A DNA stretch of 248,000 bases from Hyalangium minutum (GCF_000737315.1 NZ_JMCB01000002.1:20001-268000); one strand, 5' to 3'; counted from the stretch's first letter, positions 132,110 to 142,697 are shown. Notes: a model not told the origin generated them from the sequence alone. Numbers and translations: made by a program.

Positions 132110-132457
132110 ATGAACCTGGCGCACTGGTGGGCTTCGCGTTGGACGCAGGTGAGAGGGTTGTTCAACAGCAGGGGTTCCTCGCGGACACCTGTCTCGGCAG
132201 GTTCCGGCGAACCGGGGGGTGAGTCGCGCCCCGGCGAGCTGAAAGAGACCTACGGCCGCATCGCTCGCATCGCGACGCATGCGCGGCCGGACGAAGACCG
132301 GAGGATGCAGCTGTGCCGCTGCTCCGTGTGCGGCGTGGTGAAGCTGTGCACGCCTGACAGTGACTTCTACGCGCAGCATGCGTGGGATCCGCTCATGTGC
132401 CAGGACTGCTTCTTCCAACTGGTGGTGGACGTGCAGTGCCGTGGGGTGAAGGCGTAA
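132110..132457 (+). CDS. small Zn-finger-like protein
   Basis: CRCSVC...CQDC. Confidence 0.5.
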   Translation: MNLAHWWASRWTQVRGLFNSRGSSRTPVSAGSGEPGGESRPGELKETYGRIARIATHARPDEDRRMQLCRCSVCGVVKLCTPDSDFYAQHAWDPLMCQDCFFQLVVDVQCRGVKA

Positions 132458-132504
132458 GGAAGACTCCGGGGCTCTTGGGGGCGGTGGGATAGGCTCTCGC
132501 TGCG

Positions 132505-133218
132505 ATGAGCGGTGATTTGGCCAAGAGAAAGTGGCTTCTGGCGGCAGTGGCGCTGGCGGCGTGTGCAACGGCACCGCTGGCAAGTGAGGAGCCGGGCTGC
132601 GAGACGGCTGCGGAAGCTGTGCTCGCCGAGGAGGCCTGTGCGAACCCCAGTCGCCTGATAGCGCTGTGCGCTGGCGAGCAGTGCGGGCTGTACCGGTGCG
132701 AGGAGGTGAAGGAGCACCTGGCTCTGGGGCGCGTGGTGCTGGCGCGCGGGGCGGCTGCGGTGTTGCCTAACCCCGCAGCAGGAGCCCAGCGCAATTGGGG
132801 AAGCGCACAGGAATTGCCGCAGGACACGCGGCCTGTGTTCATCATCCCGTGGAGGCACCGGCCGCCGCTGCTGCCCAGTCAGCAGCAGATGCTGGACGAG
132901 GCGGCGAAGGAGCGGAGAAAGCCCCACGGGCAGCACCACATCTTCCCCAGGATGTTCAAGGGATGGTTCACTGAAAAAGGCATCAACATTGACGAGTACG
133001 TCATCCTCCTGGGGGTGGAGAAACACCGGAGCATCCACCGGGGAGCTAAAGGGGGCCCGTGGAATGACGCATGGGATAGGTTCATCCAAGCGAGGAGGGC
133101 AACGGCGACGAGAGAGGAGATCCACAAATACGCGGGCCAGCTCATTTACGAGTTCGAGCTGTTCGGCCCGGTCATGCGGTTTAAGAGCCCGCCACCTCCA
133201 CTGCCTCCAGGGTATTGA
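132505..133218 (+). CDS. TIGR02269-like (SitA-type) lipoprotein toxin, copy 2
   Basis: Highly similar to 126523. Confidence 0.85.
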   Translation: MSGDLAKRKWLLAAVALAACATAPLASEEPGCETAAEAVLAEEACANPSRLIALCAGEQCGLYRCEEVKEHLALGRVVLARGAAAVLPNPAAGAQRNWGSAQELPQDTRPVFIIPWRHRPPLLPSQQQMLDEAAKERRKPHGQHHIFPRMFKGWFTEKGINIDEYVILLGVEKHRSIHRGAKGGPWNDAWDRFIQARRATATREEIHKYAGQLIYEFELFGPVMRFKSPPPPLPPGY

Positions 133219-133224
133219 GCAAAC

Positions 133225-133944
133225 ATGAGGTTCTACCTGCTGGATGGTGTCCCGGACCCAAAGTACTCGGGCGGGTACGACTACGGGCACCAATGGGGAC
133301 TGCCCGGGGTGCAATGCTCGGTCTGCAAGGCCACGTGGTCCTCCACGGGAGGTGCCTACCCCTCGGTGGATCTGTCTTATCTTCCGCCCGAGGAGCAAAA
133401 GAAGTACTTGCCGCGAGTCGAGGAGAACTACGAGGAGTTTAAGCGGCTGAAGGAGCAGGTGCGCCCGCTGGTACCTGCCGGTGTACCCCTTTGGCCAGGG
133501 ACCAAGTTTGGTCCCATGAATGGCCGGGCCTGGGGGGAGTTTGGCCCGCTGGTCTTGGCTCACGCGTGGGAGCTGTTGGTGCGGCGCGAGCCTCTGGAGC
133601 GGCTGCAGGCGGAGGGTTTGAGGGGCTTGAAGGGCTGCCGAACGGCGCTGCGCTTTCGCAAGAAGAACCCACCAGAACTGCTGGAGATGGAGCTGCTGCC
133701 CCGGGGCGCGCTTCACCCAGACTGTTTGCCGGAACGCCCCCCGCCTTGTCCCCAATGCGAGCGGGATGGCTTCGATTGGCCGGAGAAACCCCTGCTGAAC
133801 GCGGCCACACTGCCAGAGGACCTGGATGTGTTCCGGTTGGCCAACTTCATGACGATGATCATCGGTACCGAGCGCTTCGTGGAGGCGGTGCGGCGCTTGG
133901 GCTACGAGCAGGACATCGCCTTCAGGGAACTGCCAGCCCGCTGA
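133225..133944 (+). CDS. double-CXXCG immunity protein, copy 2
   Basis: Paralog of 127246. Confidence 0.85.
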   Translation: MRFYLLDGVPDPKYSGGYDYGHQWGLPGVQCSVCKATWSSTGGAYPSVDLSYLPPEEQKKYLPRVEENYEEFKRLKEQVRPLVPAGVPLWPGTKFGPMNGRAWGEFGPLVLAHAWELLVRREPLERLQAEGLRGLKGCRTALRFRKKNPPELLEMELLPRGALHPDCLPERPPPCPQCERDGFDWPEKPLLNAATLPEDLDVFRLANFMTMIIGTERFVEAVRRLGYEQDIAFRELPAR

Positions 133945-134002
133945 GCCGCTCGCGCTCCAAACGCTTCTGCGCCTCGCCCAGTCTCGTGCTACCCCTCACC
134001 CC

Positions 134003-134806
134003 ATGATCGCTCCGTTCCTCGCTGCCACCCATGTCACGCCCTTGGGAGAGGGGCGCTACCGCAGCCGCTTCGAGGCCCCCTGGTACCAGGGTCGTGGCGC
134101 CTACGGCGGCGTGGTGGCCGGGCAGATCCTGCGCGCCATGGAGCACGTGGTGGCGGATCCCGACCGTCCGCTGCGCTCGTTCACCGTGCACTTCTGCGCC
134201 CCCGCCACCGAGGGCGAGGCGGAGGTCCGCGTGCGCATCGAGCGCTCCGGCAAGCTCGTCACCCATGCTACCGCCCGCACCGAGAACGCCGCCGGCGTGG
134301 TGTCCTTCGCCACCGCCACCTTCGGCACTCCTCGCCCTACCACCCCTCGCTATCTCGACGCGAAGCGGCCCGTGGCGCCTGCCCCCAGCGAGGTCAGCGT
134401 GGTGCCCGAGGAGGTGCCGATGCCCACCTTCTGCCAGTTCTTCGAGTACCGCTTCTGCGTGGGCTCGGCGCCGTACTCGGCCTCCGAGCCCCGGCTGGGT
134501 GGGTGGATCCGCCCGAAGGGAGAGCCCCTGGCTCTGGACGCCGCGCTCTGTGTGGGGCTGCTGGACGCGTACCCTCCCTCGGTCCTGTGCTCGCTCTCGG
134601 AGCTGCGGCCCGTGGCCAGCGTGGACTTCACCGTCCACTTCTTCCACGCGCTGCCTCGCCCAGGGGACCGGCCAGGCGAGCACTACCTCCGCACGGGCGT
134701 CTCCCGCTGGGCCGGTGAGGGCTTCGCGGAGGACCTCCAGGAGCTGTGGTCCGAAGAGGGAGAGCTGATCGCCCAGTGCCGCCAGTGCATCGCCGTGCTT
134801 GGCTGA
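134003..134806 (+). CDS. acyl-CoA thioesterase (double hot-dog)
   Basis: GAYGGVVAG, LLDAYPP, SVDFTVHF. Confidence 0.85.
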   Translation: MIAPFLAATHVTPLGEGRYRSRFEAPWYQGRGAYGGVVAGQILRAMEHVVADPDRPLRSFTVHFCAPATEGEAEVRVRIERSGKLVTHATARTENAAGVVSFATATFGTPRPTTPRYLDAKRPVAPAPSEVSVVPEEVPMPTFCQFFEYRFCVGSAPYSASEPRLGGWIRPKGEPLALDAALCVGLLDAYPPSVLCSLSELRPVASVDFTVHFFHALPRPGDRPGEHYLRTGVSRWAGEGFAEDLQELWSEEGELIAQCRQCIAVLG

Positions 134807-134845
134807 ATCCCCTCGGAGCTTCCTGGCGACTTTTGTACACCGGGG

Positions 134846-137800
134846 GTGAGTTCGTATGCTCACGGCGTGAGTCCGACGAGTTCCATGCATCCGGAGTACG
134901 AGGACGAGCTGCACCTCGCCCTGGTGGAGGGAGTGCTGTCCCGGGATCAGGTCGAGCCCCTGCGCGCGGAGGTGGTTCGCCTGGGCCGGAGCCCTCTGGA
135001 CCTGTTGATGGAGCGCGGCCAGCTCTCCCCCGAGACGCTCTCCTCCCTGCGAGGCGAGCTCCACCGCCAGGCCCCACCCGCCGTTGCGGGCCAGCCGCAG
135101 GAGCCCGCCACCCAGAAGCCCGGAGCTGCTTCCCAGGCGGACTCCTCCTCCGAGCCCGTCTTCCCCCTGCGGAACTGGGACCGCTACCAGCCCGTGCGCT
135201 TCCTGGGGCAGGGCGGCATGGGCCAGGTGTTCCTCGCGTACGACCCGCGCCTGCGCCGCAACGTGGCCATCAAGTTCGTGCGCGAGGGCAGCCCCGAGCT
135301 CGCCCAGCGCTTCCTCTCCGAGGCCCGCGCCCAGGCCCGCGTCCAGCACCAGCGCGTCTGTGAGATGTACGAGGTCGGCGAGGCTCAGAGCCGCGCGTAC
135401 ATCGCCATGCAGTACGTGGAGGGGCGCTCGCTCGGCCAGCTCGCGCCCGAGCTCACGCTGGAGCAGAAGATCCTCGTGATGCGCGATGTCTGCGAGGGTG
135501 TGCACGCCGCTCACCGTGCGGGGCTGATTCACCGCGACCTGAAGCCCTCCAACGTCCTGGTAGAGCGCACCGAGGACGGAGGCCTCAAGCCCTACGTCAT
135601 GGACTTCGGCCTCGCGCGGGACTGGCAGGGCGAGAACACCGCCACGGGCTCGGTGCTGGGCACTCCCCACTACATGGCGCCCGAGCAGGCCCGGGGCGAG
135701 GTGTCCCAGCTGGACCGGCGCGTGGACGTCTACAGCCTGGGCGCCACACTCTACCAAGTGCTCACGGGCCAGCCTCCCTTCGCTGGCCTCAACGCCCTGG
135801 AGATCGTGAGCCGGATCCAGACCGAGGAGCCGCCGTCTCCGCGCACGCTCGTGCCGGATCTGCCGGTCGACCTGGAGGCCATCGTCCTCAAGTGCCTCGA
135901 GAAGGACCGCGCGGCGCGGTACGACTCGGCGCGCGCCCTGGCCGAGGACTTGGAGCGGTTCCTCTCAGGCGAGCCCGTCCTGGCGAGTTCCGCGGGGCCG
136001 CTGTACCGGCTGCGCAAGAAGGTCCGCAAGCACCGCGTCCTGGTGGCTGTCGGCACCGCGGCCACGCTGGTGCTGGGCGTCGCCGTGGGACAGGCCGCCC
136101 TGGCCCGCCGCGAGGTGGTGGAGCGTGAGCGCCTCTCCCGCAGCTTCACCGAGAGGGTGGAGCGCATCGAGGCCATGTCCCGCTACTCCTCCATGGCGCC
136201 GCTGCACGACACCACCGCCGACCGTCAGGCCATCCGCCAGCAGATGGAGGAACTGGAGGCCGAGGTCCACGCGGGCGGCGCTCAGGCCGAGGGGCCCGGC
136301 GACTACGCCGTGGGCCGTGCACTCTTCGCGCTCGGGGATGCCGAGGGGGCGCGCACCCAGCTCGAGGCCGCATGGCAGAGTGGCTTCCGCGAGGCGCGCG
136401 TGGCCTATGCCCTGGCGCTGGCGCTTGGGCAGCTCTACCAGGAGCAGCTCCTGGAGGTGGAGCGCCTGCGCAGTGCCCCGCAGCGCGAGGCCCGCCGCCG
136501 CGAGCTCGAGCAGCGCTACCGCGATCCCGCCCTCGGCTACTTGAAGCAGAGCGTGCAGAGCGGTGGCGCGGAGGTTCCCTCCACCGAGTACGTCACGGCG
136601 CTCATGGCCTTCTACGAGGGCCGCTACGAGGACGCCCTGACGCACCTGGAGAAGATGGGCACCCTCAACCCCTGGTTCTACGAAGCGCCCCTGCTCCGTG
136701 GGGACATCCTCCAGGCCCGTGCCAGCCGCAGGTTGTACCAGGGTGACCGCGCCGGAGCGCTGTCTGATCTGGAGACGGCCGGGCAGGCCCAGGCCCTTGC
136801 CGCCGACATCGGCGAGAGCGAGTTCGCCGTCTACCACGCCATGGCGCGGCTGCAGCTCACCGCGCTGACCCTGGAGCTCTACGGCCAGGGCGAGGTGCGG
136901 CCTCATTATGAGAAGGGCCTGGAAGCGCTCTCCCGCGCGCTCACCGTCATACCGGATCACTTCAAAGCCCGGCTGCTGGAGTCCCGCCTCCACCGCCGGA
137001 TGGTGGATCAGCTGACGCAGCAAGGCGCCGAGGTGTTGCCGCTGCTGGAGAAGGCCCTCGCCGCCTCACGCACCGCCGCGGCGCTCGCGCCCAGCCAACC
137101 GCAGGTCCACACCGAGCTGGCTTTCGTCTTCCGCCGCTGGGCGCTCTACCGCCAGAGCCGGGGCGAGGATCCGTCCGAGCAGCTGCGCGAGGCCGCCGCA
137201 GCCCTCGAGCGCATCCGCCCGGAAGAGCGGAACTCCTCGTTCCACAGCGAGATGGGGAACATCTTCAAGGTGTGGGCCGACGCCGAGGAGCAATCCGGCA
137301 AGGACTCCCTCGAGCACCGCGGACAGGCCATCGACGCATACCGTGCGGCCCTCCAGCTGGATGCGAGCCAGGCAGAGACCTGGAGCAGCCTGGGTACCGC
137401 CTACTTCAAGCGGGGCACGAGCCCGCACCCCCGTGATGCCGATGGCGACCTGGAGCAGGCCTGGACCGCGCTCGAGCGTGCGCAGAGCATCGACCCGGGC
137501 AACTACGTCCACTACTTCTATGGAGGGCAGGTGCAGGAGTGGCGGGCCCGCCGGAAGTACAACCGTGGCCGCGGAGTGGAGCCGGAGCTGGAGCAGGCCC
137601 TGGCGCAGTACCGCAAGGGGCTGGCCATCAACAGCAAGCTGCCTCAGTTCCACAACCTCCTGGGCGGAGCGCTGCTGTGGAGGGCGGAGCTGACGTGGGA
137701 AGAGGGCGGTGACGCCTCCCTGTGGCTCGATCAGGCCCAGCCCGCCTTCGAGCAAGCCCGCACCGTGGCCCCTCAGCAGGCCTTCGCGTACAACGGATTG

Positions 137801-138514
137801 GGCGAGGTGCATGCGTGGCGGGCGTTGTTCCAGCTCCGCGCGAAGCAGGATCCCCTCCCCAGTGGCCGCGCGGCCCTCGAGGCCTACCAACAGGCCCTCG
137901 ACCGGGCTCCTCGCAACGCGCAGTCCTGGACCAACATGGCCAAGGTCCGTGTCTCCCTGGCCCTCTGGGCGCTGGAGCAAGGCAGAGACCCTGGGCCCGA
138001 GCTCGATCGGGCCACGGAGGCGCTGCGCCAGGCGCTCAGCATCAACCCGCGCATGGCGAACGCCCTGCGCTACCAGGGCGAGACACTCGGAATCCGTGCG
138101 CGCTGGCTGGCGCGCCAGGGCCAAGGGCGCCAGGGGGACTTCGAAGCCGCCGCCACCGCCCTCCAGCAGGCCATTGGCGCGGATCCCGAATGGCAGGAGT
138201 ACCGCCTCTCCGCGGCCATGCTCCACCGCGAGTGGGGGAAATGGCTGGCGGCCACGGGGAGCGATCCCACCCCGGTGCTGAGGCAGGGGCTGGCCTGGAT
138301 CGACGAGTCGCTGGCTTCCCGTCCCAAGTGGGCCCACGCCCGAGCTGTCCGGGCCCGCCTGCTTCTGGCGCTGGCGGAGACCTCGGTGGAGCCTCCGCAG
138401 CAGCAGGCCTGGAAGAGCGAGGCCCGGAAGGAGCTGGAACAGGCGCTCGCCAGCAATCCCCACCTCGTGAGCGAGTGGGGCCAGAGCCTCGTCTCACGAG
138501 GTCTCACGCCCTAG
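134846..138514 (+). CDS. Ser/Thr kinase with long TPR region
   Basis: HRDLKPSN, DFG, TPR repeats. Confidence 0.92.
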   Translation: MSSYAHGVSPTSSMHPEYEDELHLALVEGVLSRDQVEPLRAEVVRLGRSPLDLLMERGQLSPETLSSLRGELHRQAPPAVAGQPQEPATQKPGAASQADSSSEPVFPLRNWDRYQPVRFLGQGGMGQVFLAYDPRLRRNVAIKFVREGSPELAQRFLSEARAQARVQHQRVCEMYEVGEAQSRAYIAMQYVEGRSLGQLAPELTLEQKILVMRDVCEGVHAAHRAGLIHRDLKPSNVLVERTEDGGLKPYVMDFGLARDWQGENTATGSVLGTPHYMAPEQARGEVSQLDRRVDVYSLGATLYQVLTGQPPFAGLNALEIVSRIQTEEPPSPRTLVPDLPVDLEAIVLKCLEKDRAARYDSARALAEDLERFLSGEPVLASSAGPLYRLRKKVRKHRVLVAVGTAATLVLGVAVGQAALARREVVERERLSRSFTERVERIEAMSRYSSMAPLHDTTADRQAIRQQMEELEAEVHAGGAQAEGPGDYAVGRALFALGDAEGARTQLEAAWQSGFREARVAYALALALGQLYQEQLLEVERLRSAPQREARRRELEQRYRDPALGYLKQSVQSGGAEVPSTEYVTALMAFYEGRYEDALTHLEKMGTLNPWFYEAPLLRGDILQARASRRLYQGDRAGALSDLETAGQAQALAADIGESEFAVYHAMARLQLTALTLELYGQGEVRPHYEKGLEALSRALTVIPDHFKARLLESRLHRRMVDQLTQQGAEVLPLLEKALAASRTAAALAPSQPQVHTELAFVFRRWALYRQSRGEDPSEQLREAAAALERIRPEERNSSFHSEMGNIFKVWADAEEQSGKDSLEHRGQAIDAYRAALQLDASQAETWSSLGTAYFKRGTSPHPRDADGDLEQAWTALERAQSIDPGNYVHYFYGGQVQEWRARRKYNRGRGVEPELEQALAQYRKGLAINSKLPQFHNLLGGALLWRAELTWEEGGDASLWLDQAQPAFEQARTVAPQQAFAYNGLGEVHAWRALFQLRAKQDPLPSGRAALEAYQQALDRAPRNAQSWTNMAKVRVSLALWALEQGRDPGPELDRATEALRQALSINPRMANALRYQGETLGIRARWLARQGQGRQGDFEAAATALQQAIGADPEWQEYRLSAAMLHREWGKWLAATGSDPTPVLRQGLAWIDESLASRPKWAHARAVRARLLLALAETSVEPPQQQAWKSEARKELEQALASNPHLVSEWGQSLVSRGLTP

Positions 138515-138527
138515 CCGCCGGGACGGC

Positions 138528-138872
138528 TTACTTCCCCTTGGGCTTGGGCGGGTCTCGCGTCACCTCCAGGTCCCCGGCCGTCGCGGTGGGGGGCTCGGGA
138601 TTCGTGCTCACCAGCTCTGTGACGTCGAAGGGATAATGCCCGTCGGCCCACTCGGCGACGTAGTAGGTCTTCGAAGACTTGTCCGGGTCGGAGCCGTCCA
138701 AGACGAACAAACTGGTCTGGCCGACGAAGGGAGAGTTCGAGTCGAAGTCCACGTTGACCTTATCCGTCCGGCCATCCATCTCGAAGGTGACCTCGTACCC
138801 CGGCTTCACGACGGGAGGATCAGGGACATAGCCAATGCCGCTGGATTTGATCTTGACGTGTTGGGTGGTCAT
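138528..138872 (-). CDS. small beta-sandwich-like hypothetical protein
   Basis: MTTQHVKIKS...; RBS. Confidence 0.6.
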   Translation of the reverse strand: MTTQHVKIKSSGIGYVPDPPVVKPGYEVTFEMDGRTDKVNVDFDSNSPFVGQTSLFVLDGSDPDKSSKTYYVAEWADGHYPFDVTELVSTNPEPPTATAGDLEVTRDPPKPKGK

Positions 138873-138940
138873 ACAAGGACCTCTGCTCGTTCCGAGCTGA
138901 TGGGGTGCAAGTCTCATTCGCGAGACGCAGGTAGTATCGT

Positions 138941-138956
138941 TGCACTGCCTGTGCCA
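138941..138956 (-). promoter_or_regulatory. sigma-54 -24/-12 promoter
   Basis: TGGCACAGGCAGTGCA just after EBP stop. Confidence 0.7.
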
Positions 138957-139054
138957 GAGAAGGATGTCGCACGCGCGAAACATCGAAGGCGCGCAGGTGG
139001 CGTGTCAAGCCGCAGCGCCGACGTGTCAGTGGGCCGCGCTGATCTGTCACCCGC

Positions 139055-140692
139055 TCAGGACTCGGTGAGCCCCAGCTCCCGGATGCGGCGCTGGAGACCG
139101 CGCTTGGAGACCTCGAGCCGCTGCACCATGGCGTCCAGGTCTCCTTTGCACTCGCGGAAGCAGCGGGTGATCTCCTCGGTGCTCAGGTCTCCCACAGTCC
139201 GCAGGCTGGGGCTCCGGTCGATCAGCATGTAGAGCGAGGGGCGGGTGATGCCCAGCCGCTCGGCGGCGGCCTTGATGTCCCACGCGGTACCTCGCAGGGC
139301 CTCCAGCAGCTCCGTGTCCGTCACATCGGACGGCTTGCGCCGGGAGGGAGCGGGCTCCTGCGCAGCGGCCGGCCTCTGCGGTGCCGGGGAGGCCAAGGGA
139401 ATGGAGCGCTTCGGGATGGGCGAGGCAGCGGCATCCAGCTCCTGCTCGATGCGCGGGGTGGCCTGCAGCCCCGGGAGCCCCCGGCTTCCGATGACGATCT
139501 GCCGCGTGAGGTTGCGCAGCTGGCGGACGTTGCCGGGCCAGGAGAAGCGCACCATTCGCACCGCCAGCGCGGGAGGCAGCCACGGCTCGCTCTGCGAGGC
139601 GGAGTCCAAGCGGTGGGCCTCGCCCAGTGCCGCCAGTTCCTCTCGCGCGAAGTGGTGGAAGAGCACGCCGATGTCGTCCCGGCGGTCCCTCAGCGGAGGC
139701 ACTTGGATTTCGTAGCCGGCCAGCCGGTGCAGCAGCGGGGCCTTGAAGAGATCCTGCCGGATGCGGTCCTCCAGGTCGGCATCCGTGGCGGTGATCAGCC
139801 GCACGTCCACGGACACGGGCGCGTGGCCGCCCACCGGGTAGACCTCGCCCGTCTCCAGCACGCGCAGCAGCAGCACCTGGACCTCGGGCGGGGCCTCGCC
139901 CACCTCATCCAGGAAGAGGGTGCCTCCGTGGGCTGCGCGGAAGAAGCCCTCGCGATCCTGGGTGGAGCCGGTATAGGCGCCCTTTCGTGCGCCGAAGAGC
140001 TCGGCTGCGGCCAGCTCCTTGGGCAGCGCGCCCAGGTTGACGCTGATGAAGGGCCCCGCGCGCCGGGGGCTGCGCATGTGGATGGCGCGCGCCACCAGCT
140101 CCTTGCCCGAGCCAGTCTCTCCTCGGATGAGGACGGGCACCTTGAGATCCGCCACGCGGGTGCTGTCCTCGCGCACCCGGCGGGTGCTGGCGCTGTTGCC
140201 CACCATGCCCAGATCGTCCGGAATGTCTGGCTCGATGGAGGGCGCCAGGTGGAGCAGCAGCACGATGCGCTCGGCCAGCACGAGCGGAATGCCGGCGGCC
140301 AGCTCCTCGGCACTGAACTCCCGGGCGCCGACGAGCGGCTCATGCACCACGCGCACCTGCGTGCCGCCCTCCTCCACGCGCAGCCGAATCCCTCCGGTCT
140401 CCGTGCGCTCGAACACGAGGGGCTTGCGGCTGAGGAAGGTGTCCGCCAGGGGCATGCCCAGGGGCCCACCCGGGCGGACGAAGTCCGGCCCCACGCGCGA
140501 TACGGACACGCTGCCCCCCGAACTCAGGGAGCCCAGGAGCAGCCGCTCTCCCGCGCGGTGGGGCGTCGGGTGGGAGACGATGGTCAGAGCTGGCACGGGA
140601 CGCGACACCTGCTCCGAAGAGCGGGTGGGCGTGGCGGCCGTCGAGATGTCTGCAAACTTCTTTTCCTGCATGAGCGCCTGCTTCGGGGGCAT
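139055..140692 (-). CDS. sigma-54 enhancer-binding protein with FHA-like N-terminus
   Basis: GETGSGKE, GAYTG, FLDEVGE, WPGNVRQL. Confidence 0.9.
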   Translation of the reverse strand: MPPKQALMQEKKFADISTAATPTRSSEQVSRPVPALTIVSHPTPHRAGERLLLGSLSSGGSVSVSRVGPDFVRPGGPLGMPLADTFLSRKPLVFERTETGGIRLRVEEGGTQVRVVHEPLVGAREFSAEELAAGIPLVLAERIVLLLHLAPSIEPDIPDDLGMVGNSASTRRVREDSTRVADLKVPVLIRGETGSGKELVARAIHMRSPRRAGPFISVNLGALPKELAAAELFGARKGAYTGSTQDREGFFRAAHGGTLFLDEVGEAPPEVQVLLLRVLETGEVYPVGGHAPVSVDVRLITATDADLEDRIRQDLFKAPLLHRLAGYEIQVPPLRDRRDDIGVLFHHFAREELAALGEAHRLDSASQSEPWLPPALAVRMVRFSWPGNVRQLRNLTRQIVIGSRGLPGLQATPRIEQELDAAASPIPKRSIPLASPAPQRPAAAQEPAPSRRKPSDVTDTELLEALRGTAWDIKAAAERLGITRPSLYMLIDRSPSLRTVGDLSTEEITRCFRECKGDLDAMVQRLEVSKRGLQRRIRELGLTES

Positions 140693-140774
140693 GACTGCGA
140701 GGACACAGCGAGTGTAGCGCCTCTTGGTGCTACATAGAGCGTGATAGCCCCGGGCGCGATAGGCTGCATGCAGG

Positions 140775-141758
140775 ATGAGTGAGACCCGCGAGTTGCGAGC
140801 CAGGCTCGAGGAGACTCAGGCAGAGCTTCGCCGCACGAGGGATCACCTGGAGAAGCTGCGGGCGCACCAAGCTCGGGAGCGGCAGTTTCTGCAGCAAGAG
140901 CTGGAGCAGGCGCGGCACGAGGTAAGCGGGCTGAGAGGACGCCTCGAGGCCTTGGAGCGCTTCGAGAACGAGCCCTCGCCGTCCTCGGACGAGAATCAGC
141001 CCGAGCCCGTAGCGGTGGAGCGCTCGGCCACCGCGCTCGTGGCGCTCGCCCGGAGCCCCGAGACAGGCCTCACGCCTCTCGCCATCTCCACGCTCGCCCG
141101 GCTCTTGAACGTGGCACCCGTCGACGTGCGGCTGCGCCTGGCATCGCCGCTCCCGGCGGCGCTGGCCCGGTTGCCGCTCGCTCAGGCCGAGGAACTCCGT
141201 GTCTCGCTCCGGGAGGAAGGCTTCCTCGCGGTCATCCATGAGGTGTCACCCGCCCTTCCGAGGAAGTGGGTGCGTGTGAAGCGGTTCGCGCTCGAAGAGG
141301 AGGGCCTGCGGGTGGAGAACCCGAACCGCGAGAGCTTCCCGGTGCGCTACGCGGAGCTGCGCCTGTTGATGCGGGGGCGCAGGACCACCACCCACGTCGA
141401 GACGAAGCAGGAGGTGGACTACGAAGTCCACCAGCAGCGCTACCGCCGGACGCCGAAAGAGGTGGAGGAGAAGCGCCAGACGGTGGAGAACTTCCTCTGG
141501 GTGATGGGCAAGGGCTTCCGGGCCATCTTCAACGAATCCACCCAGTTCACGGGCCTGGGCGCGCTGCGCACCTTCACCGTGCACGAGAACCTCCAGCGCC
141601 TGATGGCCGAGCTCCACCAGCGCGCGCCTCACGTGGCGCGGGACGAGCGCTTCGTGCAGCAGTCCCGCTTCGTCATGCCGCTCGTGGATCCGGGCCGTGG
141701 CCAGGAGCTGTTGGCCGAGGTGCTGCTCCAGGCGGTGGAGGAGGGGCTCTGGTCATGA
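140775..141758 (+). CDS. coiled-coil hypothetical protein
   Basis: ORF. Confidence 0.55.
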   Translation: MSETRELRARLEETQAELRRTRDHLEKLRAHQARERQFLQQELEQARHEVSGLRGRLEALERFENEPSPSSDENQPEPVAVERSATALVALARSPETGLTPLAISTLARLLNVAPVDVRLRLASPLPAALARLPLAQAEELRVSLREEGFLAVIHEVSPALPRKWVRVKRFALEEEGLRVENPNRESFPVRYAELRLLMRGRRTTTHVETKQEVDYEVHQQRYRRTPKEVEEKRQTVENFLWVMGKGFRAIFNESTQFTGLGALRTFTVHENLQRLMAELHQRAPHVARDERFVQQSRFVMPLVDPGRGQELLAEVLLQAVEEGLWS

Positions 141759-141952
141759 GCGAGGCGCGCGAGCTGAGCGACAAGCTCAACCAGGTGCGGG
141801 AGGAACTGCGCCAGACGCGGGAGCAACTGGACAAGCTCCGGACGCAGCACGCGCGCGAGCAGCAGGCCCTGCAGCAGTCGCTGGAGGAGGCGCGGCGGGA
141901 GGCGGAGCGGCTGCGTGCGCGTGTCAAGAAGGCCGAGGAGCGCGTAAAGTAG
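141755..141952 (+). CDS. small coiled-coil protein resembling N-terminus of upstream gene
   Basis: MSEARELSDKLNQ vs MSETRELRARLEE. Confidence 0.45.
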   Translation: MSEARELSDKLNQVREELRQTREQLDKLRTQHAREQQALQQSLEEARREAERLRARVKKAEERVK

Positions 141953-141956
141953 GGCC

Positions 141957-142697
141957 ATGGCGAAGACCGCACCCCGCAGCCGCAGCAAGGCCCCCGCGAA
142001 GAAGAAGCCCACCCGCTCGGCGGCTCCGAAGCCGAGCGCCTCGTCCGCGAAGCCCGCTCCGGCCCGCGAGGCTCCCAAGGCTCCCAAGGCTCCGGAGGTG
142101 ACCATCCTGGAGCCCGAGCCCCTCCGCCCCGCGCGGAAGGCACTGCCCGCGGGAGACGCCGTGGACAAGGGCCGCGCGCTGCCCTTCGAGATCGACCCCA
142201 AGCGCGTCGAGGAGAGCCTCAAGAAGCTCCAGGGCGAGATGGTCCACTGGGCCAACAAGGGCCGCTACACGAAGGTGCGCTTCAAGTTCCGCGGCAAGCA
142301 GCTCCTGCCGGACCTGCCCCTGGCCGCCGTCGTCGCCGCCGAGGGCCTCACCTTCTACTGGGGCGGCATCCTCCGCATGCTCGTCGCCAACGTGGTGGGC
142401 AAGAGCGTGCTCTCGGTGGAGTTCATCAACGACTCGGAGAAGAAGGTCCAGGCGGGCAAGGAGGCGCTCTTGTCCGGAGACGTGGACCAAGCGCTCACCC
142501 TGTTCCGAGAGGCCCTCGCGATGGACCGCGACAATGCCTCCGCGCACCTCAATGTGGGCGTGGCGCTGAAGCTCAAGGGAGACCGGGAGGGCGCCCTGGC
142601 CGCCTTCGAAAAAGCGAAGGAAAAAGACCCGGAAGGGTCCGTGGGCGCGGAGGCCGAGCGGCTTGCCGCCCCGCTGCGTCCCAAGAGTGTGGCATAG
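141957..142697 (+). CDS. TPR protein
   Basis: C-terminal TPR. Confidence 0.7.
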   Translation: MAKTAPRSRSKAPAKKKPTRSAAPKPSASSAKPAPAREAPKAPKAPEVTILEPEPLRPARKALPAGDAVDKGRALPFEIDPKRVEESLKKLQGEMVHWANKGRYTKVRFKFRGKQLLPDLPLAAVVAAEGLTFYWGGILRMLVANVVGKSVLSVEFINDSEKKVQAGKEALLSGDVDQALTLFREALAMDRDNASAHLNVGVALKLKGDREGALAAFEKAKEKDPEGSVGAEAERLAAPLRPKSVA

